A stretch of DNA of 64,000 nucleotides from an uncultured Gammaproteobacteria bacterium (GTDB lineage: Bacteria; Patescibacteriota; Patescibacteriia; Magasanikbacterales; UBA922). The stretch spans positions 964-64,963 of the forward strand of contig CAZQXB010000001.1 of assembly GCA_964597575.1 (NCBI GenBank), given 5' to 3'. The notes under the pieces were generated by a model that searched no databases, was not told the origin of the DNA, and worked only from the letters and a program-made list of their open reading frames with translations. The translations under genes were made by a program, and so were the position numbers. Of the stretch, positions 42,459 to 52,143 are shown piece by piece (the first letter of the stretch is position 1; every line of letters begins with the position of its first letter).

Positions 42459-42902
42459 AGTCCGCGCAGAGATATTATTCGAAAATAATTTCTGAGCAGG
42501 CCGCTGACTAGCGTTTACCCGTGACTACCGGAGACAACAAAAAATTCGGCGTATTGCCGCTTTCGATAAAACGTTTATTGTGTTGCCAAGTGGCGCATGG
42601 AGAGAATCCCTCTACGCTTTTTAAGCGCCCGAAGCACCCAAAAAGTGGTGTACTTCAGAAAGGTACTGTGCCTGGCTCTCCGACAAAGGACATATCAGCC
42701 GCAACTACTGGTCCTGGCACTAAAAAGAAACTGGGCCTAGTATAGAGATAAATTGGCTCTTTGTCAAATAGAACGCTGTGGATTTCTTCTGTCAAGGCAG
42801 AAAGGTATAATTTGCTCTACTCAGCAAAATAATTGAAATAAACAGTATATACACTTTTCTATATACACATATTTATCCACAGGGTGCTCTTTACAGAGCG
42901 AA

Positions 42903-42937
42903 ATATGTTGACAAATAACAGAGACAGTGGTATATTT
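42903..42937 (+). promoter_or_regulatory. Candidate sigma-70 promoter facing the GC-rich gene at 43214
   Basis: TTGACA-aataacagagacagtgg-TATATT with a 17-nt spacer. Confidence 0.35.
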
Positions 42938-43213
42938 TGTTGTTACTAGAGAAGGTGTCCTTCTTAGTACACATACTGTACCTCGCTTCAGCACACTGAG
43001 GCAAAGAGAGAAAGGAACATGACGTGGGTTTTCTACTCGCAACATGCCTCTTTCTCCCCTCTTACCCGGGCCGATATTTCGGCCAGGAACTAGAGGGCAC
43101 ATGTGCGGCCACGATGTGAAGAAAACTCATCACCTCGCGGCCGCACAAGTGGGGGAATCAGAGTACAAAAAAGACAACCAGCCCCTCATGAGGGTGCGGC
43201 AAGGAGCCGCACC

Positions 43214-43744
43214 ATGAAGACCAGTATCTTCTCTCTCATGAGCTACGTCGCTTATGTCTTTCTGTCCGTCGGGTTTGGGGTCGGTATCGGCCTCACCTGC
43301 TACGGAATGTCACTCTCGGAATTCTTGAAAAAAATTCCGATGGGTACCGCTGCCATGGCGGCGACCTACGAATTTCTCCGGATCAAGGAGACAGAAATCG
43401 TGCTTTCGGGCACGAACACCTCCTCGGTCAGTGCGCCAGAAATGCTCGAGCCAGTCGAGCCAGCAATCATCAGTGAACGGTCGGCACTTTCGCAACCCCT
43501 GAAGCGAGGATACTATATCCTCCCCAGTGGTCAGGAAGTGGCGGTAACCGGGCACATGCAGGTGCCGAAAACTGGCCTGCGACGCGCGGCGGTCAAGTTC
43601 TTCGAAAAAGGACTTGGTCACGCATCAAGCGAAGCAACAGAGGCGTGCAACGCGCCTCTCTCGGGAGAACCCAGAACGTACTGGCGTGAAAAACCAGACA
43701 AAACCCCCCGAATCATCAACATCTGTGTCTGGATCCGATCCTGA
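43214..43744 (+). CDS. Hypothetical membrane protein in a GC-rich island
   Basis: AAGGAG RBS. An N-terminal TM segment (VAYVFLSVGFGVGIGLTCYG). Confidence 0.4.
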   Translation: MKTSIFSLMSYVAYVFLSVGFGVGIGLTCYGMSLSEFLKKIPMGTAAMAATYEFLRIKETEIVLSGTNTSSVSAPEMLEPVEPAIISERSALSQPLKRGYYILPSGQEVAVTGHMQVPKTGLRRAAVKFFEKGLGHASSEATEACNAPLSGEPRTYWREKPDKTPRIINICVWIRS

Positions 43745-43885
43745 CGCAGCGCCCTCAGACAGAGGGTGATAACAGTTCGAAGGAGGTAAGAGTAGAGGAC
43801 AAGCCATTCATCACTTGTCCTCCCTATCCACAGTCGCATTACCTGTGCTACAGTGGGTGGGCAATACAGCCACCGAGGAGGGACA

Positions 43886-43999
43886 ATGAAGGAAACCATG
43901 AAGGCGGCCCTGGCCGTTTTTATCATTCTAGGCCTCCTTCTCGCCACGATTACCAAGGCGAACGGGTGCATGGAGGAGGAGATAAAAAAAGTAAAATAA
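43886..43999 (+). CDS. 37-aa small secreted peptide candidate (MKETMKAALAVFIILGLLLATITKANGCMEEEIKKVK)
   Basis: A GAGGAGGG RBS lies 6 nt upstream. It is a signal-peptide-like ORF with a single Cys. Confidence 0.3.
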   Translation: MKETMKAALAVFIILGLLLATITKANGCMEEEIKKVK

Positions 44000-44055
44000 A
44001 AAAAGAGAAGCTCTCGTCTTCGAAAATGAAGCGCTGAGACTACTGTACATCCGGA

Positions 44056-44376
44056 TTGACAAGGAATTGTACCGTGAAGAAATTTAGCCTCGGACTACTT
44101 GCCCTTGCGGCCACCCTCATCCCGCTCGGCTGCGGACCAGACTACGTAGAACCACTGTCGAGAGGAGACGTGCGCCTCACGAACTTCGGCAACTTCATGG
44201 ATTGTCGAGTGACTGAGAGGTATCTCCAAACGGACGAAGCGCGCAGAAGAGGCCTTACCCCGCCGAAGGGTCGGTGTGTCAACCTGAACGCCGACAATCA
44301 GTCCCCGTCGTCAACGTCGACGGCTACCCAAGCCCCTTCCGCAACAACCACCTCGGTCATTTCCAACCTCAACTAG
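44056..44376 (+). CDS. Small lipoprotein (GCGP lipobox) in a GC-rich island
   Basis: LLALAATLIPLGCGPDY, followed by a Ser/Thr-rich C-terminus. Confidence 0.45.
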   Translation: MTRNCTVKKFSLGLLALAATLIPLGCGPDYVEPLSRGDVRLTNFGNFMDCRVTERYLQTDEARRRGLTPPKGRCVNLNADNQSPSSTSTATQAPSATTTSVISNLN

Positions 44377-44515
44377 GATTCGCTTGACGCGCAGCCCTCT
44401 GCCTCGCGAATCCCCCAACTCATTTTATTGGTTTTAGACGAATAAAATGAACTGGGAACACCCGACCGCAAGACACGCGGATTTTTTTTTGCTACAATAG
44501 ACGCACCATGCTTCT

Positions 44516-46795
44516 ATGCGCAAAAACCAACGCGATCCTTCTCCTCTAGACGCTACCGTGTCTCGAGGCATTGCGGCGATCCTTCTCGTTATCGTCAGTC
44601 TCATTATTGTCCTTAGCTTTTTTGACCAAGCCGGGGCACTTGGATTTATTTTGAATACGACCGTACTCGCCTTCTTATTTGGCAGCATGCGTTTCGTCAC
44701 ACCACTCGTCCTTCTTGTTATTGCAGTTCTTTTGGTAAAAGATTTGGAATATGAATATCGCGCCACACATATTACGGGTGCGGTTCTTTTCTTTCTCACT
44801 ACTGCCGGATTTCTTCACATGAGCTTTGCTCCGGGTGAGATGTGGGACAGATCTCTCAACGGTTTTGGTGGAGGAGTTTTTGGAATGTTTGCCTGGCCTC
44901 TTCAAACCTACCTTGGACCTATCGCTTCTTGGATTCTTTTGATTGGTCTTTTCATTATTTCCCTCCTTCTCTTATTTAATACCGCCCTTCTCCATATTCT
45001 TTCTCTTCATAAAGAAGTATTTTCAGGGCTCACCAACATGGGGAACGGATGGTTCGCGGTGAAAAAACACACTGAAGAAGAGGATGAAGTCGAAGAAGAA
45101 GTTGATGAGTACTCGACCAAAGCTCCTGATGTGGATCGTACTTTTGCCAAACGCGATATAGAAACACCTGAGGAAACCGAAGAAGAAGAGGATGAAATCG
45201 AAGAAGAAGTTGATGAGGAAGAGACCAAGGAGGAGAATGACCAAAAATCCCCAACCAACTCCCCTGCAATTCCTGCAGGTCCTTGGGCACACCAACCTAT
45301 TATCCGCGAACTTCCCCCACTCTCGCTCCTGCAAAATAAACGCAGTAAACCAACGAGCGGAGATATCAAAGGAAACGCGGCAGTGATCCAAGGAACACTT
45401 GCAGAATTTGGAATTGAGGTCGATATGGGTGAAATCCGTGTCGGTCCAACCATTACCCAATATTCCTGCAAACCTCATAAAGGAATTAAAGTTTCACGCA
45501 TCACTTCCCTTTCAAACGATTTAGCGCTCGCATTAGCAGCTCACCCTATTCGTATTGAAGCTCCGATTCCAGGGCAATCCCTTATTGGTATCGAAGTGCC
45601 AAACGAAAAAACAGCCATGGTAACGGTACGCGAACTTCTTGAATCTGAAGAGTTTACCAAACGACAACACAACATGATGGTGGCACTTGGAAAGGACGTG
45701 GCTGGAAAAATTTGGTTTGCCGATCTTCCACGCATGCCCCACCTTCTTATTGCCGGGGCAACCGGAAGCGGAAAAACCGTCTGCATGAACACGATCATTT
45801 TAAGTTTGCTGTACCAAAATACTGCCGAAACTCTTCGCATGATTATGGTCGACCCGAAGCGGGTTGAGTTAACGCTCTATAATGGTATCCCTCATCTTCT
45901 TACCCCGGTCATCACCAACACTCACAAAACCGTGAATGCCTTAAAATGGACGATTGGGGAAATGGAACGTCGCTTTGAATTATTGTCTCAGGCAGGAAAC
46001 CGTGACATGCAGTCGTATAATGCGTCTCACCCTGAAGCAAAGCTACCGTACCTGGTATTTATCATCGACGAGTTGGCCGATCTTATGGCTCAAGCCGCAA
46101 ACGATGTAGAAGGCGGAATCATTCGCTTAGCGCAAATGGCTCGAGCGGTTGGTATTCATCTTATTGTCGCAACGCAGCGGCCGAGTGTCGATGTTATTAC
46201 TGGGCTCATGAAAGCAAACATTCCGGGTCGTATCGCCTTCTCCGTGGCCTCAGCTATTGATTCGCGCACCATTCTTGATAGCACGGGTGCCGAAAACTTA
46301 CTTGGCCGCGGCGACATGCTTTTGTCTACTGCTTCAATGTCAAAACCGGTTCGTATTCAGGGAGCCTACATTTCTGAGGAAGAATTAAAGAATGTTGTCG
46401 AATACCTAAAAGGTGATGAACCACCGACGTACGATGAATCGATTGTCGAAAAACAAAGTGGTGGTGGAAGCGGAACTCCAAGTATGTTTGGCGGGCCAAA
46501 TGATGGCCAGGATCCCCTATTTGACGAGGCTAAAGTTGAGGTTATTCGTGCAGGGAAAGCGAGTGCCTCATTTTTGCAGAGAAAACTAAAGGTTGGCTAC
46601 GCTCGTGCAGCACGATTGCTCGATGAATTAGAGTCGGCTGGAGTTATCGGCCCGGGTGACGGAGCAAAACCTCGAGATATCCTCATGACAGACGAGAGCT
46701 CAGATGCTACAATGGATTCCGGGGGAGATTTGAATGTTTTTGAAGAAGCTACGGAATTAGAAGAGGCAGAAGAAGAACCACCCCGTCAATCTTGA
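44516..46795 (+). CDS. ftsK: DNA translocase FtsK/SpoIIIE. It has N-terminal TM helices, an acidic repeat linker, a RecA-like motor and a gamma domain.
   Basis: Walker A reads AGATGSGKT. The gamma winged-helix is at the C-terminus. Confidence 0.9.
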   Translation: MRKNQRDPSPLDATVSRGIAAILLVIVSLIIVLSFFDQAGALGFILNTTVLAFLFGSMRFVTPLVLLVIAVLLVKDLEYEYRATHITGAVLFFLTTAGFLHMSFAPGEMWDRSLNGFGGGVFGMFAWPLQTYLGPIASWILLIGLFIISLLLLFNTALLHILSLHKEVFSGLTNMGNGWFAVKKHTEEEDEVEEEVDEYSTKAPDVDRTFAKRDIETPEETEEEEDEIEEEVDEEETKEENDQKSPTNSPAIPAGPWAHQPIIRELPPLSLLQNKRSKPTSGDIKGNAAVIQGTLAEFGIEVDMGEIRVGPTITQYSCKPHKGIKVSRITSLSNDLALALAAHPIRIEAPIPGQSLIGIEVPNEKTAMVTVRELLESEEFTKRQHNMMVALGKDVAGKIWFADLPRMPHLLIAGATGSGKTVCMNTIILSLLYQNTAETLRMIMVDPKRVELTLYNGIPHLLTPVITNTHKTVNALKWTIGEMERRFELLSQAGNRDMQSYNASHPEAKLPYLVFIIDELADLMAQAANDVEGGIIRLAQMARAVGIHLIVATQRPSVDVITGLMKANIPGRIAFSVASAIDSRTILDSTGAENLLGRGDMLLSTASMSKPVRIQGAYISEEELKNVVEYLKGDEPPTYDESIVEKQSGGGSGTPSMFGGPNDGQDPLFDEAKVEVIRAGKASASFLQRKLKVGYARAARLLDELESAGVIGPGDGAKPRDILMTDESSDATMDSGGDLNVFEEATELEEAEEEPPRQS

Positions 46796-46802
46796 GGTCT
46801 TT

Positions 46803-47492
46803 ATGAGCACACCATTCGCCAAAAAAACTCTGACTGAACCGAAACGAGTGTGTTTGCGTCTCAAAGAAGCTCGTGAGGCCAAGGGTATTTCATTAGAAGA
46901 TCTTGCGTTACAGACAAAAATAAATCCGCGCTATCTTCGCGCTATTGAGGAGTGTCATTTTGAGTCGATTCCTTGTGCGACGACCTACAAAAAAAACTTT
47001 GTGAAACGTTACGCCGCCACAGTCTCTTTAAACATTGACGAAATCGTACAGCAATTTACCGATGAAGAGTTAAAAAAAACTGACGGGGAAGCCCCCACGC
47101 TCACCAATCTTGAAACACGAGCTTTACCAAACATCCCTTCTCTTATTCGAACAGGTGTCATTGCAGTACTCATTATCCTGTGCGCCTCTTACCTTGGTCT
47201 TCAATTAGGAAATCTAGTGGCAGCACCCGCCCTTACTATTGGAAACCCGGCCGACGGCACTGTTACCAACAACAAAACAATGCAACTTACCGGAACTGCA
47301 AGCACAGCAGCCGATGTATACATTAATAATGAGCTCGTAACCGCTCGAAATGACAAAGCGTTTGAGGCGACTCTCACCCTTGCTCCGGGCACCAATACGG
47401 TTGTGGTACGAGCGCAAAAAAAACATGGAAAAACCTCAACAGAAACAATTCATATTATCTATAACGAACCAGCACAGGTATCCCTTCGCTAA
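46803..47492 (+). CDS. RodZ-like protein (XRE-type HTH, one TM, C-terminal domain)
   Basis: HTH segment LKEAREAKGISLEDLALQTKINPRYLRAIE, then a TM segment. Confidence 0.55.
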   Translation: MSTPFAKKTLTEPKRVCLRLKEAREAKGISLEDLALQTKINPRYLRAIEECHFESIPCATTYKKNFVKRYAATVSLNIDEIVQQFTDEELKKTDGEAPTLTNLETRALPNIPSLIRTGVIAVLIILCASYLGLQLGNLVAAPALTIGNPADGTVTNNKTMQLTGTASTAADVYINNELVTARNDKAFEATLTLAPGTNTVVVRAQKKHGKTSTETIHIIYNEPAQVSLR

Positions 47493-47528
47493 AAAGTTTG
47501 ACAGTAAAAAATGAGTCAGGTACGCTTT

Positions 47529-47560
47529 AGAGTGAGGTTTTTCCTCACTTTTTTTAACTG
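47529..47560 (+). terminator. Intrinsic terminator, or a leader hairpin between rodZ-like and recA
   Basis: agtgagg-ttttt-cctcact followed by ttttttt. Confidence 0.45.
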
Positions 47561-47584
47561 TTTCCCCTACCGCAACTCTGGTGA

Positions 47585-48679
47585 GTGCATCGGCAGGGCT
47601 ACGTATTTATTTATATGCCTAAAGCTTCTTCCTCGGGTGAGGCCGTCAAGTTTAAAGCGGCTCAAAGTGCGATCGATCAGATTAAAGAAAAATATGGGGA
47701 TAACGCCATTATGCGTTTTGGCGAAGCCCGCGCCATGCAAGTAGCAGCCGTCTCAACCGGATCGCTCTCTTTGGATATTGCCCTTGGCGTAGGCGGTGTT
47801 CCTCGTGGCCGCGTGATTGAAGTATTTGGACCTGAAGCCAGCGGAAAAACCACTCTCGCACAGCATATTATTGCCGAAGTGCAGAAGCTTGGCGGTATTG
47901 CGGCCTTTATTGATGCTGAACATGCCCTCGACCCAGACTACGCTAAAAAAATCGGCGTCGATGTTGATAACATGCTAATTTCACAGCCAGATACGGGCGA
48001 ACAAGCGCTTGAAATTTTAGAAACACTGGTTCGTTCTAATGCGGTTGATGTGGTGGTGGTCGACTCGGTGGCAGCGCTTGTTCCAAAAGCGGAAATTGAA
48101 GGTGAAATGGGCGATCAGCACATGGGTCTTCAGGCACGTCTCATGAGTCAGGCACTTCGTAAACTCACTGGTATTGTAAGCAAATCGAAAACGGTCGTCA
48201 TTTTCATTAACCAAATTCGTCAAAAAATTGGTGTCTTTTTTGGAAACCCTGAAACAACAACCGGAGGAAACGCCCTCAAATTTTATTCTTCTGTGCGTAT
48301 TGAAATTCGTCGCAGCGCCCAAATTAAACAAGCTGAAAAAGTCATTGGGAATCGCGTGAAAGTAAAAGTGGTAAAAAATAAAGTAGCGGCCCCATTTCGT
48401 ACGACAGAATTCGACATTATGTATAACGAGGGTATCTCAATTCCCGGAGACCTCCTTGATACCGCAGTTCTTCACCGAGTCGTTCAAAAAAGCGGAAATA
48501 GCTATGCCTTTGGTGAGGAAAAACTGGGCGTAGGTCGAGAAAAGGTAAAACAATACTTAAAAGAAAATCCGAAATTCATGGAGCAAATTCGAGCGAAAGT
48601 ATGGGAATCAGTAGCTCTTGGAGAAGCCCCTCCTGAAGAGGCAGGAGAACCGGGAGAAAAAGAAAACGTGGAAGAATAG
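47585..48679 (+). CDS. recA: Recombinase RecA
   Basis: Walker [11 protein letters not shown] and full-length conservation. The start is probably the internal MPKASSS. Confidence 0.95.
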   Translation: MHRQGYVFIYMPKASSSGEAVKFKAAQSAIDQIKEKYGDNAIMRFGEARAMQVAAVSTGSLSLDIALGVGGVPRGRVIEVFGPEASGKTTLAQHIIAEVQKLGGIAAFIDAEHALDPDYAKKIGVDVDNMLISQPDTGEQALEILETLVRSNAVDVVVVDSVAALVPKAEIEGEMGDQHMGLQARLMSQALRKLTGIVSKSKTVVIFINQIRQKIGVFFGNPETTTGGNALKFYSSVRIEIRRSAQIKQAEKVIGNRVKVKVVKNKVAAPFRTTEFDIMYNEGISIPGDLLDTAVLHRVVQKSGNSYAFGEEKLGVGREKVKQYLKENPKFMEQIRAKVWESVALGEAPPEEAGEPGEKENVEE

Positions 48680-48692
48680 AAGAGTGATGCAA

Positions 48693-48728
48693 AGGAAATA
48701 CAAAACCAACCCGAGTGGGTTGGTTTTG
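48693..48728. terminator. Bidirectional terminator between convergent recA and spoIID-like genes
   Basis: atacaaaaccaaccc-gagt-gggttggttttgtat forms a perfect 15-bp stem. Confidence 0.65.
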
Positions 48729-48740
48729 TATTGGAAGATA

Positions 48741-50705
48741 CTACTGATACAGCCGTTCAACGGTTGTGCCGGTATAGTAGTATTTGAGAAGCGAAACGAA
48801 ATCTAACCCTTCTTTCTCAGCTCGAATCGAAGCATCGATTTGACTCATACCGACACCGTGACCAAACAGGCGTGTACGGCGCTCTTTATCATAGTTAGCT
48901 ACAACCGATACAAGCCAAGGTCGAAGTGATCCACCCCATACCTCGGTCCAGGCTCTTGTACGACCATCGGTATTCGCAAAGTATGGAGTAATAACGACTT
49001 GGTTATTATAGAGGACCATATATCCCCGTGTAGCCCGGGCCGCCTCCACAAACCGCGGCATAATCACTTCATTTTCATATCCTAAATAGAGTTGGTCGCC
49101 GGTATTTGAAACCACATCAAAATTGCGCACATCATGTTTGTCACTTTGTACTGCAATGTAATATGCATACGTACGCTGTGCCACAGACTGTGCTTTCAAA
49201 TACTCCATGGGTGACCCATTGGCATTTTCACCAATTCCCATAGCATAATCCTCCATCAAAAGATCATTAATGACGTAAAGGGCTTTATCATCATTCGTAC
49301 GGCGAAATTCCATAGCCCCGCGGTACTTATTAAAATTCCTTGGACCTTTCCACGTAAGCTTTCGTTCAAAGTTCACCAACTCAAACACGGCGTGCACATT
49401 GTTCATGGGCTCTAAACGAATATACTCTTTTGACTCAACGTCGATCCCCAAACTCTTAAATGAATAGACACCATCTTTATACTTTAAAACACCGAGTTGA
49501 CCACGCAAGAGCACTCCTACGTTCGCCATCCCGACAAAAACGGTATAGTCATCTTCTTGGGAAAGAAACTGTACAAACTCTCCAGGATCTTTCCAAATAC
49601 CCACCTTAATTCTTGGCTCTTCCGTAAGTCGAAACGATTGCGGAGCAATATTTGTTGAATTCTGGCTCTGGTACGCTTGCCAGCTCGGATCGTGAAGTGG
49701 CGCATCTTCTGTTACGGTTACAATTACATCTACAGGAACTGGGGCTACCTCCGGAGCAACAGGAGCAAATTCGAAACGAACGGTATAGACGCCCGCCTTA
49801 GCCGGGGCTCGAAAATAAATATCTTCACGCAATGTGCCACCTGGTTTTATTTCTTTCGTTCGATCGACCGGTAATTCCTTACTCGCCCAGGTCTCGTCGG
49901 CAAAAACGCTCGGAGTAGCATTTTGCACCGAAGCTAAGTTTATTGTCTTTGGTAACGTTACTTTATATGATGGCCATGCCGTCGTACCAAGATTCTGAAA
50001 TCCAAGAACAAACCGGATTCGCTCGCCCCCTTTTGCATTCACACTTGAAAAGTTTTGCATGAATTTCTTCGCCGTTACTGTTTTTGGGGCCTCCGCACTC
50101 GTGGGAGGGACAGTGGTGGCAGGTGGGAGAGGAGCAGACGGCGAAGTAACGACTTTTTTAGGGGTAACCACGATATCAAGGTAAAAATCACTTCCTTTCA
50201 CCCACGAATAATTTTCTGCGGCCAGTAAAAAATGTTCCTGATATTTCCCTGGCTTTACATTGGCCGTAAGCGGAATGACCAGTTCACCTGTTTTCCCTGG
50301 CGCGACCGCTGCCTTCATAAAAGGTGTTTGTTTTTTGGAAATCCATCCTAAGGCAGAGAAAGAAGAAGCCCGATCACGAGACTTCATGGTGTACGCGGAA
50401 ATCGCTTTCGTTCCCTTAGCTGGCCATGTTGCGGTACCGGTATTCTTAAATTGAATCGTCACAGCCACAGTCTCACCCTCAGCAATCGTAATAGGATCTT
50501 TGGGAGCTTGAGAAACGTATTTTGCACTAAATGCAGCGGGGTCACGAAACTCTACCTCTTCTGTAGCAGCTTGAGCTGGCAAAGCCAAAAGAAAGAGTGC
50601 CGCGAAAATACCCAAAAAACGAGAAATGGTCATACAAAGATAAGTATACCAATTTTTGTCTCTTCGCTCAATTGCCCCGGGAGAAAGAAGCATGATATAG
50701 TTCAC
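48741..50705 (-). CDS. SpoIID/LytB-domain protein with an N-terminal signal/TM segment and repeated Ig-like domains
   Basis: The C-terminal SpoIID-like region reads ...YFANTDGRTRAWTEVWGG...GHGVGMSQ. The start is probably MTISRFLGIFAALF. Confidence 0.6.
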   Translation of the reverse strand: MNYIMLLSPGAIERRDKNWYTYLCMTISRFLGIFAALFLLALPAQAATEEVEFRDPAAFSAKYVSQAPKDPITIAEGETVAVTIQFKNTGTATWPAKGTKAISAYTMKSRDRASSFSALGWISKKQTPFMKAAVAPGKTGELVIPLTANVKPGKYQEHFLLAAENYSWVKGSDFYLDIVVTPKKVVTSPSAPLPPATTVPPTSAEAPKTVTAKKFMQNFSSVNAKGGERIRFVLGFQNLGTTAWPSYKVTLPKTINLASVQNATPSVFADETWASKELPVDRTKEIKPGGTLREDIYFRAPAKAGVYTVRFEFAPVAPEVAPVPVDVIVTVTEDAPLHDPSWQAYQSQNSTNIAPQSFRLTEEPRIKVGIWKDPGEFVQFLSQEDDYTVFVGMANVGVLLRGQLGVLKYKDGVYSFKSLGIDVESKEYIRLEPMNNVHAVFELVNFERKLTWKGPRNFNKYRGAMEFRRTNDDKALYVINDLLMEDYAMGIGENANGSPMEYLKAQSVAQRTYAYYIAVQSDKHDVRNFDVVSNTGDQLYLGYENEVIMPRFVEAARATRGYMVLYNNQVVITPYFANTDGRTRAWTEVWGGSLRPWLVSVVANYDKERRTRLFGHGVGMSQIDASIRAEKEGLDFVSLLKYYYTGTTVERLYQ

Positions 50706-50714
50706 GCATTATCT

Positions 50715-52139
50715 ATGAATACCGAACGATCCCTCGCTCTCAATACTATAGTACAAGTGGGAGGCAAAATTTGTTCCACTCTCCTCGGGCTTGTGAGTAT
50801 TGGGCTTATGACTCGCCACCTTGGAACTGAACAGTTTGGCTGGTACACCACCGCCATTTCTTTTTTGCAATTTGCTGGTATTTTAACCGATTTTGGACTT
50901 ATTCCGGTTACATCCCAAATGCTCTCTGACCCTCGTTTTGACCGAACGAAGCTCCTCAGTAACCTCCTTACATTCCGTCTGGTCACGGCCCTCCTTTGCT
51001 TTACCATTACCCCGTTCATCGCCCTTCTTTTTCCTTATCCTAAGGAAGTGCTTATCGCGATCTTTCTCTCGTCTATCTCGTTTGTCGCTGTCGCCCTCAA
51101 CCAAATCTTTATTGGATATTACCAAACAACGCTGCGTACCCATATTCACGCCCTCGGAGAACTCCTTGGCCGAGTTACACTCGTCATCGGACTTGTTCTC
51201 CTTACTACCTACGGAGCGACTTTTCTCCCTATCATGGCGCTCCTTGTTCTTGCGAACCTCGTATTTACCCTTGTCATGGCAGTAGACACCCTAAAACGCG
51301 AACACCTCGGCCTCACCTACGACTCCGTCCTCTGGAAGGAAATCAGCACACGCATGTGGCCGATCGCCATTTCTATTACCTGTAATGTGGTGTATCTCCG
51401 TGGTGACGCTCTTATCCTCCCATTCTTCCGCAACCAATCTGAAGTTGGTCTCTATGGCGCGGCCTACCGTGTTCTCGACATTGTCAGCCAAACCGGAATG
51501 CTTCTTATGGGCCTCCTTCTCCCTCTTCTCGCGGCAGCCTGGGCAGTCCGAGATCAAGCGAAGTTTCGTCTGTGGTATCAGCGCTCTTTTGACCTTATGC
51601 TTATGGCTGGCCTGCCTCTTTTGGTCGGCATCGCCCTTCTTGCTAAACCTATTATCGTGTTTGTCGCCGGAGAAGCGTTTCTTCCTGCTGCCACCCCACT
51701 TATTATCCTCTCGATCGCTATTTTTGGGGTATACCTTGGGGCCGTATTTGGGCACACCGCAGTTGCGATCGGGAAACAGAAGCAAACCATTTGGATATAC
51801 CTCACAAACGCTATTATCACACTTGTCGGATACCTCATCTTTATTCCGATCTACGGCATGAACGGAGCAGCAGGCCTCTCGGCATGGTCTGAAGTCTATG
51901 CAGGTGTCCTCTTATTCATCGTAGTCTCTCGATACACTGGAATAAAGCTGACCTATGCAACCCCACTTAAGGCGGTCTTAGCGGCCACGGCTATGGCCGG
52001 CACCATATGGCTTCTCCTACCGCTCTTGCCTTGGCCTGTTGTTGGTATGCTTGGTGTAGCCATGTACAGTCTTTTTCTTGTGATAACCCGGGCAATTCCT
52101 ATTGAATTTATCCGGGATCTTTTGCAAAAAAGGTCTTAG
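50715..52139 (+). CDS. Polysaccharide flippase (MOP/Wzx-like, ~12-14 TM)
   Basis: Polytopic hydrophobicity. The start was chosen at MNTERSLALNT. Confidence 0.65.
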   Translation: MNTERSLALNTIVQVGGKICSTLLGLVSIGLMTRHLGTEQFGWYTTAISFLQFAGILTDFGLIPVTSQMLSDPRFDRTKLLSNLLTFRLVTALLCFTITPFIALLFPYPKEVLIAIFLSSISFVAVALNQIFIGYYQTTLRTHIHALGELLGRVTLVIGLVLLTTYGATFLPIMALLVLANLVFTLVMAVDTLKREHLGLTYDSVLWKEISTRMWPIAISITCNVVYLRGDALILPFFRNQSEVGLYGAAYRVLDIVSQTGMLLMGLLLPLLAAAWAVRDQAKFRLWYQRSFDLMLMAGLPLLVGIALLAKPIIVFVAGEAFLPAATPLIILSIAIFGVYLGAVFGHTAVAIGKQKQTIWIYLTNAIITLVGYLIFIPIYGMNGAAGLSAWSEVYAGVLLFIVVSRYTGIKLTYATPLKAVLAATAMAGTIWLLLPLLPWPVVGMLGVAMYSLFLVITRAIPIEFIRDLLQKRS

Positions 52140-52143
52140 ACAT

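Noticed and set aside
42821-43102. The 93-aa minus-strand ORF in the rpoB upstream intergenic region
   Set aside because: It has no RBS, overlaps a predicted promoter on the opposite strand and has no recognisable features.
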